In this document: positions 41,300 through 55,062 of the stretch, one piece after another
How the letters are laid out: each line of letters starts with the position of its first letter
How positions within the stretch are numbered: the stretch's first letter is position 1
Notes under the pieces: generated by a model
The model's input: only the letters and a program-made list of their open reading frames with translations
Database searches by the model: none
What the model was told of the DNA's origin: nothing
Position numbers and translations under genes: made by a program
From: Felis catus
Taxonomy: Eukaryota
Length of the DNA: 64,000 nt
Direction: 5' to 3'
Assembly (NCBI RefSeq): GCF_018350175.1
Contig: NC_058368.1
Span: forward strand, 206,028,001-206,092,000

Positions 41300-41970
41300 A
41301 AATCTCTTCTTTTTAAAAATAGAAACCTCTTGTCCAGATTATGGGGAGGTCAAGCTATAAAGCATGCTGAGTCATCACTAAAATACACTAACTCACACTA
41401 ATTTCCACATCCTGTTCCATATATAAACCTTACAAAAGTAGACAGGATCCTTAAGAGGAAATTTGAAAACACTACTCCCAGCACTGACAACTTTTGAGTA
41501 TTCTGCAACAGACGAGAGCAGTCTCACATAGCAACAAGTGGATAGTTCAAAATTAGGTGCATCCTTAAATATGGATAATTAAAGATGCTATGCACAGAGT
41601 TTATTTCTCTCAATATAGGTTTTGTTTGGCCGTCCTGGTTGGTGCAACAGTTCACCAATATCTGTGACAAGCTCTTCTTACAATGTTCTTTTGTCATCCC
41701 TAGGTGATACCGTTGGCCTCAAGACAAACATAAGTCACCACCATACCCACGTTCCAGCTCCCTGGGAGGAGAAAGAAAACAAAAGTCAGCCTCCTTTCCT
41801 TCTAAGGCATGACCAAGAAATGGTACATAGCACTGCTGATGCAAAATGAAAACCTTTCAGAATTTCCAAAAAAAAAAGAAAAAAAAAAAAAAAAAGGAAG
41901 AGTTTTATTCAAGCCCATGTGAGAGCAGCTGTCCAGGATATACAATCTGGAGGAAGAAAAGAATACTACA

Positions 41971-42103
41971 GGGGCACCTGGGTGGCTCAGCTGGTTAAGC
42001 ATCCAACTTCAGCTCAGGTCATGATCTTAAAGTTCATGAGTTCAAGCCCCGCATCGGGCTCCGGCTCTGTGCTGACAGCTCAGAGTCTGGAGCCTGCTTC
42101 GTA

Positions 42104-42148
<45 letters not shown>

Positions 42149-42215
42149 TGCTCCTCCCCCACTCATGCTCTGTCTCTGTCTCTCAAAAATAAATAAATGT
42201 TAAAAAAATAAAAAA
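41971..42215 (+). mobile_element. Can-SINE with internal (TG)n microsatellite
   Basis: Canonical head; TG run at ~42107-42146. Confidence 0.94.
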
Positions 42216-42624
42216 ATACTTCAGAGAAGTAAAGTTTAATACATGGTTGTGTATGTTTTTTTTGTTACATCAAGAGTTACAAATCATCATGATAAAGGAC
42301 ATTTCATAAAATTACAAACTTTATCTTATGCTTTTAGTGTGGTCAAGGTTGTAGGCTTCAGAGTTGTGAGAACAGAATTTAGGGAGACTTTTACTCTTAT
42401 CTTTAGTTTGAAATGTTCCTTTTAGGTTATTTGCTAATGAAGCAGAAAGTTTCGAATACTATAGAAGAGAATAGGTACTTAAGAGACAACTAAGAATGTC
42501 TGTAACAGGAAGATAAAGAGGAAACATTTTGACAAGTTTGTAAACCCTGATCCACTTTAGTCATTGCATGTGAGTTTACAAGTAAATCAGTGTCTATGCA
42601 CTCTTCTTTAATAAAAACTACTTT

Positions 42625-42825
42625 GGGGTCACCTGGGTGGCTCAGCCGGTTGAGCGTCTGATTCTTGACGTGGGCTCAGGTTATGATCTCATGGTTCATG
42701 GGTTTGAGCCCTGCGTCGGGCTCTGCACTGATAGTGGGCAACCTACTTGGGATTCTCTGTCTCTCCCTCTCTCTCTTTCTGTCTCTCTCTCTCTCTCTCA
42801 AATAAATAAATACACATCTCAGAAA
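42625..42825 (+). mobile_element. Can-SINE
   Basis: Canonical head, CT-rich middle and tail. Confidence 0.9.
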
Positions 42826-45800
42826 AATACCACTTTGCCCCCTTAATTCCATCAAGTAAATATTGAAGAAAGATATTTAAAGAAATAAATTTAAAACAAG
42901 ACCATAATTTTAGACTGCCTGAAATGACCAAAGGATTTGATCTAGCCTTTTCCTTGCTTAGCATATGATTAATATTGGGTTAACTTCATTTTGAAATGAA
43001 AGGGTGTGAACTTCACAAATGATACTCAAGCAGATGATCTGTGTTTATTCACTAGGTGGTTAGTGGTTACCTATTTATTGAGGTGCCATGGCAAGGCACT
43101 TCGCTAAGTACGGAAGACACGCATGGATAGCAAAGCACACATGCTCCTCGTCTTCATGGAGAGAAGACGGACATCAATCACACCATCACACAAATAGAAG
43201 CATGGTTACAAATGGATGAGAGTGTGATTAAAATTGATACAGAGTACCGGGCAGTACATTGGCCATGGGATATGGAGATAAACAAGTCCTTGGAGAACAC
43301 AAAAAACTTCTCCTTTCACACTCAAGCACCAGTTCTATTTCTCTTTGTGTATCTTTTGCTTTGAGGAGAGACCAAAGGGATTCCCCAAGAATATGCTACC
43401 CAGAAAGGTAGCGTATCAGCTTCCGGGCACCACACTTACACCTCTTAGGAGTACTGTGTTGATACAGCAATTGATTTTTACTGTAGTCTAGTTTTCTACC
43501 AAAAAATCTGTGTAGCCTGTGTGAATGATAGAAAACAGCTCAGGGATGTGTTTGTCTCAAACCATACTCTCTACTTCTCCCACAGAAGTCTTATTGAGTT
43601 GCCAACATGATAATTGATCTCATTAGAAGCATCCCAACAGTCAGTGCTCAGCAGAAATTGAGGAGGATGCTGGGAAATTGCCATTGCTGCACCAGAGCTG
43701 GGTCTAAATTAAAAGGAGCAGGTTTTCCCCGACAGGAGACTAAGGTACAAGATAAAGTTAGCACCTCTGGATTATCTATTATTCAGGAGTTTTTAGAAAA
43801 CTGTGGTTTCTATTTTCATTATACACCCAATTCCTTAAATTTTTGTTATTAATATCTTATGACTATGGCTTTTCCAAAGCCCCTGCCTCCCGGGCTAATT
43901 GCCCCCTTTGTGCACTGCTGCGTCCTCCACGACATCCAGATGCTCCAGGAAAGCATTCTCTCAACTCTCATCTCTACCTTTAAGCCCCCAGAAGCACCCT
44001 GAGCCTGTTCTACTCCTCAGTGTTCAGCAAAATAACACAATTTTTGAACACCCAATAATTCCACTCTCTAATACACAAGCATCTGCTGGTTTTAATAAGG
44101 AAAATAGCAAAGGGGATTATTCCTGAAGTCAGGCGATGTAAGTTGCTAAGTCTGTGGGAGACATGGTCTCTTCAACAGTAAAGTGTAGTTAAGAATAGCT
44201 GGCCTCCTTTACCTTGCGGAGCTTTGATGAGATGAAGGATATGAAAACATTCTGAAGATGACAACAAACATGCTGTAAGCCAAAGGCGACAGAATCGGAA
44301 TGTCCCCTGAACACACGGGATGTAGGATGTTTTGAAGACCCTGAAAATCTTGCTGTCTTCCTAACTTTACTCCTCCTTCACATCTCAATATAACTGTGTT
44401 TATCGTGATACCAGAAATTTGCACTTCCACTGTTGTCCTTTTACACTGAGTCTTGGGTCTCCGGAAGTCCCTCTGACAATGCATAGATCTACCTGGTGTT
44501 GGTAACAAATGAACCTCAAGGGCAAAGAGAGAAGGGTATCAGATTATTCCATTTTGGTCTTGCCAAATGGATGGGATATCCTAGAGGATGAAATGCAACA
44601 TGAGTACATTTGGACTGACTAGAGAAAATTCAAGTTTGAACTGAAACAGAACTATTTATGGACTTGGGTAGAACACAGGAGGATAGAAATTAAAACTGGT
44701 TCCAAAAAGGAAATGTGGAAACAAGTACTATAGATGAATTTCATCTGCTGAACTGCATGACTTAAATCTAGACAATAAAAACCAAGTGTGGTTCTAAAAA
44801 CTAATTATCTTTCTTTCTGCATCCCTTTCATCGCATCCTCTATGAGCTTCAGTTTCCTTATTTGTGAAATGAGAGTAGTAATGCTCACCTTACAGCTTTG
44901 TTGAAGGATTGGATACTAAAATAATGAAAAGCAATATGATGCAGTGTCTGGAATATAATAGGTGCTCAGTAAATATTTTCCTCCCCTGTACTACCTGTGA
45001 AAATTTACACTATAACGTTTTTATTAGGGGTGCAGAAGGAATAATTAGCATAAAGGAGAGAAAACAACATTTAAATTCTCCTTTTGGTGGGATTTTTCCT
45101 CCCTTATTTGGGAATGAAAGGGCCTAGAAACTAGTTCATGTACATAGTTCATGTAACAAAGGAAAAGAAAAGAAAGAAGACACAAGAGACACTAAAAGTT
45201 GCATAGAAATATTCAAAGTTAGAAGGTGATGAGGCATGCATCCATGAAAGAATACAGAACTTTCAGGGCTATGCTGGAAGGAAGGAAGTGGATACAGGAA
45301 ATCCATCCAACTGCTAGTGGAAGATTCCAGGTTATCAGACAAAAGGGATAAAGTGGTGTGTCCCATTTCAGTGTACTAGGAGAAACTGCAGCTCTTGTCC
45401 TGAACCCACCCTCAATATTTAGGAATTTTGAAAGGGCGAGAGAAATGCAAAACAAAACAAATACTGCAGAGAGAGAAAGTCCTAATTTTTCAAATAGTGG
45501 AGGAAAGTGGAACCTGAGAACTATAATTTAATACCCCCCAAAATGTTTCAGACAGATTAGTAAATATATAATTAATAAGCTGTTGGAAAAGAAAGATATG
45601 ATTGCTAGGAATCTGAACACCCTTCTGAAGCTCTCTGAGTAGCCTTGATTGATATGATTCTCAGACTCATTAAGAGTACCATAAAGGGTATGTTTTCATT
45701 TTAACTAAGGACTTAGCAAAAACCTTCTCAATAGTGTAGTCAAGAGAGAGCATTGTGTGATAGATACACATGGAAAAATCTCTAGAATTAAAAAAGAAAA

Positions 45801-46156
45801 AGAAAAAGAAAAAAAGAAAAATCTCTAGGTTTATGGAGGATCAGTGTTCAAATAGCTGGTTTCTCAGTGTCAATAAGGACAGAATAATCTAGGGTCAGCT
45901 ACAGATTTCAATCCCTGCTTGATCTTTCCTGCCCTGATATGTACCATCTCTAGAAACTGAGTCTCCAAATTCTCTCAATATTTAGGCTTGAACCAATTCC
46001 CTTTCCCAAGCCAATCTTGACAAAGCAAAAATATATGTCAAAAACCTCCCTAATCCAGAATAGGAGAGCTTGGAATTAAGTAAGAATTCTAGTGCTACTC
46101 CCCAGAGCTCAGTTCCTTGGTCACAATCTCTGGGGGAAAAAAATTATTTTACTCAT

Positions 46157-46522
46157 TGTCTTAGTTCACACAGTTATAAAAAAGTACAAAAGACTGGGTG
46201 GCTTATAGACAGAAGAAATTTATTTCTCACAATTCTGGAAGCTGAGAAGTCCAACATCAAGGTGCCAGCATAGTCAGTTTCTGGTAAGGACCTTCCTCCA
46301 GGTTGCAGACTGCCAACTTCTTGTTGTGTCCTTCTGCGACAGAAATAGGGAGATAGAGCTCTCTCCGAGTCTCTTTGATAAGGGCGCTAATCCCATCCAT
46401 AAGGGCTCCACCCTTGTGACCTAATTATCTTCCAAAGACAACACTTCCTAATACCATCACATTGGGGATTAGGATTTCAACAAATATGTTTCGGGAAGAC
46501 ACAAATATTCAGTTCATAACAC
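46157..46522. mobile_element. MLT1A/B-type MaLR solo LTR
   Basis: tgtcttagttc...gactgggtggcttata...aagtccaacatcaaggtgccagca...attcagttcataaca. Confidence 0.88.
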
Positions 46523-47582
46523 TGGCATTCCCATCCCTCAAGGTCTTCTTCAAAGCCATTTAGACCCAGATCTGATGAACCAGGAGCAAATCTTGGGCGC
46601 CTGGGAAGTAATCCTCAAATTTTAGTTCTAGGCCCATCCCCTCCATACAGATTACACTATAGATTTGTGTGATCCTAAGTGTGCATTAACTGTTATTTGA
46701 CTTCGTTCCTTCTAGTAGCTGGGTTTTGCACATTTAATTGAAGTTGTAAAGTTCCTGAGTTCCTGATGTGCTCCTTTTGGGGAAGGACACACTCATTTGT
46801 CCTACCTAATGACAAGGATCTCTCTCCCCATATTATCATAGTGATGACTTGATCTATAATTGTCTACTATGTGAAATCCCTAGATCTAGAACCCTGCTCA
46901 CCTTCCTGAGCAAGTGAAGCTTATTTTATTCATTTCTTTAAAAAGATTTATCCTTCATCTCAGTAAATATGCCAATAAACATGCCTCTGGTCCTCTGATA
47001 TTCTCTCTCTATTGGCTGGCCCTGTGTTACCAATTCTAAATATTTCTATGGCTGAGACCATCTAATTTACAGCCTCTGAACTAGTCAAAAACATGTATCT
47101 TTAAAATTTATTTATTTAACAAATATTTATTGAGCACCTAGTATATTCCTAGCACTATTCTAGAAACTAGAAGCAGAGAAATACAAACAAGTAAAAATCC
47201 CCTGCCCTCACTGAAAATAAGTATGTTTTATTTGAACTTTTTCTAAAATCTAGGAGGTAAAATCAATAAGTTAGAATACAAAGCAACCTAAATAAACTAG
47301 AACGATAAGCCAAAGCAAGTAAGACTAACTTTAGCAGAGTGATACAATTTTCAATTGGCTTTAAAGACTCCTTTGCTCAAATATAAGTTGGGGAAGATCT
47401 GGTATGCCGGCAATTCAAGTGAAAAGATATGTGCATTAATCTGTGAGTTAATTAGAGCATAGAAACCCAATATGGTAGAGCTATCTTTAAAAAAATCTGA
47501 ATCTTAGGCTGAAGTAAGCACAGTTCAATGCACGCATTAGTATGGAATACTGTGATCAGTTATTGACAATATAGATGGCTTT

Positions 47583-47612
47583 TATTTTATTTTTTAATGT
47601 TTATTTCTTTGT

Positions 47613-47657
<45 letters not shown>

Positions 47658-47783
47658 CCCAACAGGCTCCCCACTGTCTTCGCAGAGCCCGATACGGGGG
47701 CTTGATCCCACGAACCGTGAGATCATGATCTGAGCCGAAATCAAGAGTCAGATGCTCAACTGACTGAGCCACCCAGGCGCCCC
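47583..47783 (-). mobile_element. Can-SINE
   Basis: TSD caatataga(t/g)ggctttt. Confidence 0.94.
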
Positions 47784-48645
47784 AATATAGAGGGCTTTTA
47801 AACACTAGAAAGTATTCATAGGAATGTGAGAAAGATGGCAAGAGACCTGGAAGTCGAATTATTGGAAGAACTATTAAGAGATCACTTAAAGACTTTTTTC
47901 TAGAAAAGAGAAAAGCTGTGAGGTACAGAATGGGTCTGGAAATCTTTCCAAATATTTGAAGTACTATCATATGGATGTGAGAATAGAATTTTCCTACTAC
48001 AAAAGACAGAACTGCACTCAAACATAGACTTCCCAAAACCAAACAAATTGGCACATAAGGCTGGCCTTTTTAACAATTTGAGCTGTGTCGAAATAGAATA
48101 GTCAGTGTAAAAGTGGTAGAGTCCCTGTCACTGAAAGTTTTCCAGCAAAGGCCAAGTTGGCACCTGCTAAGAACTGGAAGTGGAGTGAGGAGGAGGGCAG
48201 GGGCGTCTATAGTAGAGAACATATTACCCTGTAGCACTATCTAACATCTCTTCCAATTCTAAGGTTCTGTCATCCATCCATTTTACTCCACCATGTACCA
48301 AAGGAAAGAGAGATATTCTAAGGCATTAAAAAATAGATAAGCCTGATACCCCTCCTGCAGTGGAAAAAGCTGTACCTAAAACAGTGCAGTCAGTACAAAT
48401 TGAGACAAAATGGTCCTTGTGAAAATTGTTAATTCAATCGCTAAAATAAAACTGTCTAAATGTGCATATGGTACTCATTTAATAAATCTTAAAAGTGACA
48501 CTTCCTGACAGGCAAGGGAAATATTTAAGTGCCAACTTCAGAACCACAAATCTGTCTAAGTACTATAACTTGTAAATGAGATATTTTGCCAATATATAAT
48601 GTAAATTAGACATACACACATGCACTTTTTAAAATATTCTTTCAT

Positions 48646-48829
48646 GGGGCGCCTGGGTGGCTCAGTCAGTTAAGTGTCTGACTCTTGATCTTGGCTCAAG
48701 TCGTGATCTCCTGGCTTGTGAGATCAACCCCACACAGTAGGCTCTGCACTGGCGGTACGGACCCTGCACGGGATTCTCTCTCCCTCTCTCTGTGCCCCTC
48801 CCCAACTTGCACTCTCTCTCCCTCTCTCA

Positions 48830-48868
<39 letters not shown>

Positions 48869-48878
48869 ACAAATAAAT
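48646..48878 (+). mobile_element. Can-SINE with (TAAA)n tail
   Basis: TSD aatatt(c/t)tttc. Confidence 0.93.
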
Positions 48879-49109
48879 AATATTTTTTCTTACAGTGTGT
48901 AAGTTTGCCTTTATAAGGCAACTGCTCATAGCTGATATTGTACGGTATTGTTGTTTTTAAGCTTATTTCCTTTTCCTTAATACCATTGTTTCCCCCCACA
49001 TCCATATTTTGTAAGTAGGGGTAAATTTAATTAGTCTAATACAGCCCACATGTTGTTAAGTTATGGTAGGTAATAGCAGCTTTTGCTTCATGCTAACCTT
49101 AAAACCATA

Positions 49110-49925
49110 TGCAATATAGTGATTGCTCGACCATTCAGATGACCAAAATATATTTGTCCTATACATCTGGTCTCCATCCAGGGTTCTTGGTTCATAGTTC
49201 CCAAAGTTCTCGGAATTTCCTAGGTGTTGAGAGTCATAAAGGTGACTTTTGCTATGTTAATGAGGTGACTTTTGAGAAGGCAGTTTGCCTGTAGAGCCAA
49301 CCATGTGATTAGAGGGTTGGAACTCTCAGTCCCACCTCCAAAACCTCCAGGGAGGGAAGAGGGGCTAGAGATTGAGTTCAATCACCAGTGAGCAACCATG
49401 ACTGTGTAATGAAACATTTGCAGGGTTCGGAGAGCTTCTGGGTTGATGAACATATGGAGAGGCTGGGAGGATGGTGCGCCTGAAGAAGGCAAGGAAGCTC
49501 TGTGCTATTTTCCCATGCCTTGCCCTATGCATCTCTTCTGTCTGGCTGCCCCCGAGCCAAGTCCTTTTATAGAAACCAGTGATCTAGTAAGTAAATTGCT
49601 TCTCTGACTTCTGTGAGCCACTCTAGGAAACTGATGAAACCTGAGGAGTTTGTGGAAACTTCTGGTCTATAGCCGATCTGTAGCCAATTGGTTGGAAGCA
49701 CAGGTGATAACCTGGGCTTGCCACTGACATCTGAAGTTGGGGGTTGGGGGGAAGGTAGTGAGGTTTTGTGGAACTGAGCTCCTTACTTGTGAAATCTGAT
49801 GCTATGTTTGGGTAGACAGTGTTAGAACTGAGTTGAATTCTTTGACTCTGCTAGTGTCTGAGAACTGCCTGCTGGTGTGGGGAAGCTCCCCACCCTCCCA
49901 CACAAACCCCCACATCAGAACAAGA
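49110..49925 (+). mobile_element. MER21-like LTR
   Basis: ccaaccatgtgattagagggttggaact...gagagcttctgggttgatgaaca...ccttgccctatgcatctctt motifs. Confidence 0.8.
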
Positions 49926-50039
49926 GACCATATTTAGTATTTATTTCATTCCACCAAAAGCAAATATGTTCTAAATAGTACAAGTAAACTATGCAGATTT
50001 TATTGACTGTTCAGTTAGGATATGGAAAAGATTTACATC

Positions 50040-50520
50040 ATTCTTCATACAGATCAAATTTTTGAAATCCCAATTAAAATGTAGAGATTAAAAGAAACTT
50101 AAGAAGCATATCAACTAATTGCAATGGATATATCATAATTGGTTCATACTAAAACAGATGAACTCAAAAAAACTCAAAACTCCTCAAAAAAAAGAGGAAA
50201 TTGAACTCTGAATATTTGACAATATCAGGAAATTATTGTTAATTTTTAAGTATAATAGTGGTATTGTGCTAACTTTTTCTTCAAAGACTCTTGAACCCTT
50301 AGTTTTCAGAAAAACATTCTAAAATATTTGTGAATGAAATCATACACTGGGATTTGCTTCTAAACAATCTACAAATGGGGAAACAGAAGAGGATATAGAA
50401 GAAAGAGGTAATTCTGACTTGATAATTATTTAATCAGGTGATGAAAACACATAGGAGTATTAATTATACAATCATCTCTATTTTTACAAATATCTGATAT
50501 TTTCCATATTTTTTAAATAA
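50040..50520 (+). mobile_element. Old L1 (L1MC/ME-type) 3' end
   Basis: tatcaggaaattattgttaatttttaagtataatagtggtattgtg...tattttccat. Confidence 0.7.
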
Positions 50521-51904
50521 AAACAAATCTTATTTAGACTTTTATTTTCTCTCTGCAAAGTCCTTCTTCAACCACCACCAGCCAATTTTTCCTGTTTTCC
50601 TACATTTTCTAACTCCTGTATTTTCTCAAGCAATTCAACTCTCAAACAGAAAAACAAAAGCCTTGAAACTAACCACGCCCAGCCCTTTAAAGAACACATT
50701 AAAGATTGTTAATTATGCTCAGAGTCTATCCCTTGAGATCTTGGGTTCATGCCAAAACATCTGTTTAATTATCTAGTCTAATTGCAGTTCTTCTTGTATA
50801 TCATTACACTGGAATTTTTTAAAGAAAGAAAATGTATTACCATAAGTTTCATCATCTTAACAGCATTAAAATTCATGAGTGTGTGCGTGCACATGTGCAC
50901 ACATGTACGCACAGGTTTATCTCTGCCTTTGTGTGTGCTCAAGAGGCACAAAAGCATAAATAACTGAAGGTTGAAATTAATGATTTTGAGAACTTCTAAA
51001 ATAAATTAAATAATGAACAAATATTAATGGAGTAAACCTCACAGATTAGGACAATGATATGAGGTATCATCTCCATTTGAACTTATCTTTTATACCTTAA
51101 TTTTACCATTTTGACTCTATTTTTATACGCTATTCATGATTTACATAAAACCAACTGACAAACACAGATGGAAAATGTTATCTAACAAAGGAAATAAATG
51201 CCTATATCTGGCTCCCTCACAGACCTCTGGTCATATTTAGGTTTACCATGTACCCTTAAATGTTTGGAACATAATAGGATTTTTGTTCTGGCAGACACTC
51301 TGCACTGTCTATCTAAAAGATCCTCATAACTCCTTTCTTCCCTGTGTTCCTCTATTGAGAGGCATAGAAGCTAAAATACTTGATTTCCCAGGCTCTGTTG
51401 CAGTGAAAAATGGCCATGTGACCAAATTGTTACCAAGAAAATGTGAATGGAATTCACTGTGAATGTCTTCTCTTCCCAAATTTAAAATATAAAGTCTTAA
51501 ATGGAGAAAGGTTTGTACTTTTCTACCTTCTTCATTTCTGGAATGCCAACATGAGGTGCAGAAGTATAGCAAGGCCATCTTGCAACTAAGAGGTCAAAAA
51601 CACATGCTAAAGATAGTAAAGCAGTAAAAGAAAGAGCCTCGATCCAGAACAACACTGCTAAACCGCTGTTTTATCTCTGGCTTCCTTTCTTCAGATGGAT
51701 TTTTATATAAGAACAACAAAACATTGTATATTTAAGCCACTGTCAAGAGTGTTTTCCAGGTTTCTGTTTTGTTTGTTTGTTTGTTTGTTTGTTTGTTTTG
51801 AAAGGAAACATATTCCTAATTTACACACTAGTGTTCCTAGGAGCAAAACAGGTGGCAGCTGTTCACAATACAGAAACGACACAAATATATGTAAGAATGT
51901 GGGC

Positions 51905-52760
51905 AGACTTCTGCTTCTGGCAAAGATGATGAAGTGACAGGGACTGGATTTACCTTTCCACCTAAAACAAGTAAAAGAACAGACATAAGAAACAGTTTTC
52001 AGACCTGAGCACCTGTTAGTGCAGGACATTGATCTCTGAGAGAGGAGGAAAATCTGGGGTTAGTCCCAGGGATTGTCCAACATTACTTCTGGAAAAAGTT
52101 TCTAAGCTCCAAAACAAGGTAGAGGAAACCAGGGAGAGCCTGGAGGTCTATCTGATGGAAGATATGGAGCTAAGAGTCCAGGCAGGGCAAAGTGGATAGA
52201 GTGAGTATGGCACTGGGAAGGAAGGAGCTGCAATGGAGAAAGCTCCGGAGAGCTGCAGAGCGTTCACCTCTGCTCTGCAGCCGAGTAGTGACTAAGGGTT
52301 ACACGTGGGGAGAACTAAGACTAGGGAACAAACCATGCCAAAGGAACGGAAGTAATGACTCCAAAGCTCACACAGGCCCAGGAATAGCTTATATTTTCAG
52401 CCAGCCAGAGTGTGAAGCTTCATAACTCACAAGACAACAGAAGAATATCACCTGAGTGGTAGGGCCAAATTTGCCCTTCATTAAGGTTGTCTGGTCCTTA
52501 TACCTTACAAGACATAAAAGAAACCGTGGAAAGGGTCAAACTGTTCCCCTGTAACTTAGCTGTGTCACAGAACAAAGCTTAAAAATATTCGACACCCAAC
52601 AAAAAATAATTTACAATGTCTCACATCCAATGAAAAATATTCTAAGAAGCAGGAAAATATAATCAATAAGAGGAATAAAAAGAATCAATGAATAGAAACA
52701 GACTTAGAAGTTACATGCTTTAGGTGGTAAACCACAAAGAAAAGTTTATTTGCTTTTGTA
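51905..52760 (+). mobile_element. Old L1M 5'-region fragment
   Basis: gacttctgcttctggcaaagatg...cagggactggatttacc start motif. Confidence 0.6.
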
Positions 52761-53539
52761 AAAGTAATATACTACTAAGACACAGTGAAGATTTAAGGAA
52801 TGCTATTTTATGAGATATAATACAGAACAGAAAAATGCTTAAGAAGTAATTAACATGTAGGTAATTAACAATTGAGTAATTAATAATTAGATTGATTATA
52901 TCATCAGCATGATTATTTCATAGAGTTCAGGAAGAACACTTTCTCTTAAAATCAGAAACCATGCTCTTAAGACCACGATAAACTTAATGCTGCTGGAATG
53001 ATTTGGTCTGGTTAGTCTATTTTTTAGTTAGGTCATAAAAACAACAAAAGCGAGAACAACCCAAAACAAAATAACAGATAGTAATAACTTAATGAAAACT
53101 CAGTGCAACATCTTCCCCTTGCATTTCCTTTTTCAACTAACCATTGTACAGAAGATAGAAACTTAGAGATTGCAACTTCATTGCTAAACATCTCCAATAT
53201 TTATACCTACTTTTCTGGTTTAGTAATTACAAAATGCTGACATGGGCTCTGGATTCATCTTCTTGGACTTTCATATTCTTCTCTGTGCACTATGGAAGCA
53301 GATGGAGAATTATATAACACTAGGACCAGGCAGGAAGGTCAAGTTTTGTTTTTCAATCCTTGATCCAGTTTATGATCTTATGATTTGCCTCCTTTCCAAC
53401 AAAAATCCCAGTTCATATCTGAGTGCTACTGGTAACCAGAAATTGTATTATTTGAAACTTACTTAATTTTTTACCACCACTTCTTGGCTAAAATGTTTTT
53501 GAATAGTTTCATTTAATAAGTTTTTTAAAACTTATTGGA

Positions 53540-54065
53540 CGTCCACCAACTAATGAAAGGTTAAAGAAGATGTGGGGTGTGTGGGTGCGTGTGTGTGTGT
53601 GTGTGTGTGGGTGGGTGTGTGTGTGTGTGTGTAATGGAATATTACTCAGCACTCAAAAAGAATGAAATCTTGCCATTTGCAATAATGTGGATGGAACTAG
53701 AGTGTATTATGCTAAGTGAAATAAGTCAGAGAAAGACAAATATCATATGATTTCACTCATATGTGGAATTTAAGAAACAGAACAGATGAACATAGGGGAA
53801 GGGAAAGAAAAATAAGATAAAAACATACAGGGAGGCAAACCAAAAGAGACAAATACAGAGAACAAACTTAGGACTGCTGGAGGGGAGGTTGGTGAGGGGA
53901 TGGGCATTAGGGATGGGCATTAAGGAGAGCACTTGTTGGGATGAGCACTGGGTATTATATGTAATTGATGAATCGCTAAATTCTACTCCTGAAACCAATA
54001 CTATATTATATGTTAACTAACTTGAATTTAAATAAAATCTTGGAGAAAAAAAAAGAAAAGAAAAG
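53540..54065 (+). mobile_element. 5'-truncated carnivore L1 3' end with internal (TG)n
   Basis: aagaatgaaatcttgccatttgc...gatgagcactggg...ctactcctgaaacc...A-rich tail. Confidence 0.93.
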
Positions 54066-54130
54066 AAACCCAATTCCAATGCAGCTATGAGGGTCAGGGT
54101 CAGGAGGAACAGTTTTGATAGCACTACTTT

Positions 54131-55062
54131 ATTTTTTTTAATTTTGAATATTAATTTTTAATAATGTATGATAGTTAACCAGTTTATAAAAGTTGATTTG
54201 TGATAATTGATTTGATTTTCAATATGAAAATAGGTTGGATAAAAATTGCATATAGAAAAGGCTAGGACCACTGGCCTATGTACTTTTTTTTAATATGAAA
54301 TTTATTGTCAAATTTGTTTCCATACAACACCCAGTGCTCGTCCCAACAGGTGCCCTCCTCAATGCCCATCACCCACTTTCCCCTCTCCCCCACCCCCCAT
54401 CAACCCTCAGTTTGTTCTCAGTATTTAAGAGTCTCTTATGGTTTGGCTCCCTCCCTCTCTAACTTTTTTTTTCCTTCCCCTCCTGCATAGTCTTCTGTTA
54501 AGTTTCTCAGGATCCACATAAGAGTGAAAACATATGGCATCTGTCTTTCTCTGCCTGACTTATTTCACTTAGCATAATACTCACCAGTTCCATCCATGTT
54601 GCTACAAATGGCCAGATTTCATTCTTTCTCATTGCCAAGTGGTATTCCATTGTATACATAAACCACATCTTCTTTATCCATTTGTCAGTTGATGGACAGT
54701 TAGGCTCTTTCCATAATTTGGCTATTGTTGAGAGTGCTGCTATAAACATTGGGGTACAAGTGCCCCTATGCATCAGTACTCCTGTATCCCTTGGGTAAAT
54801 TCCTAGCAGTGCTACTGCTGGGTCATAGGGTAGGTCTATTTTTAATTTTTTGAGGAACCTCCACACTGTTTTCCAGATTGGCTGCACCAGTTTGCATTCC
54901 CACCAACAGTGCAAGAGGGTTCCCATTTCTCCACATCCTCTCCAGCATCTATAGTCTCCTGATTTGTTCATTTTAGCCACTCTGACTGGTGTGAGGTGAT
55001 ATCTCAGTGTGGTTTTGATTTGTATTTCCCTGATGAGGAGTGATGTTGAGCATCTTTTCATG
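54131..55062 (-). mobile_element. Young 5'-truncated L1_Fc (54283-55062) plus 3'-transduced segment (54131-54282)
   Basis: Open 184-aa ORF2 C-terminus with [21 protein letters not shown] ttgatagcactacttt at 54115-54130 and 55063-55078. Confidence 0.93.

Noticed and set aside
44209..44508. 99-aa minus-strand ORF ending at a donor-like AAG|gtaaag
   Set aside because: No frame resembles a known protein; consistent with chance.
54507..55061. 184-aa ORF as a host gene
   Set aside because: It is the L1 ORF2 C-terminal fragment of a truncated insertion.
53540..55062. Single twin-primed (5'-inverted) L1
   Set aside because: Both parts have their own 3' ends and overlap in L1 coordinates, and the TSD encloses only the minus-strand copy.
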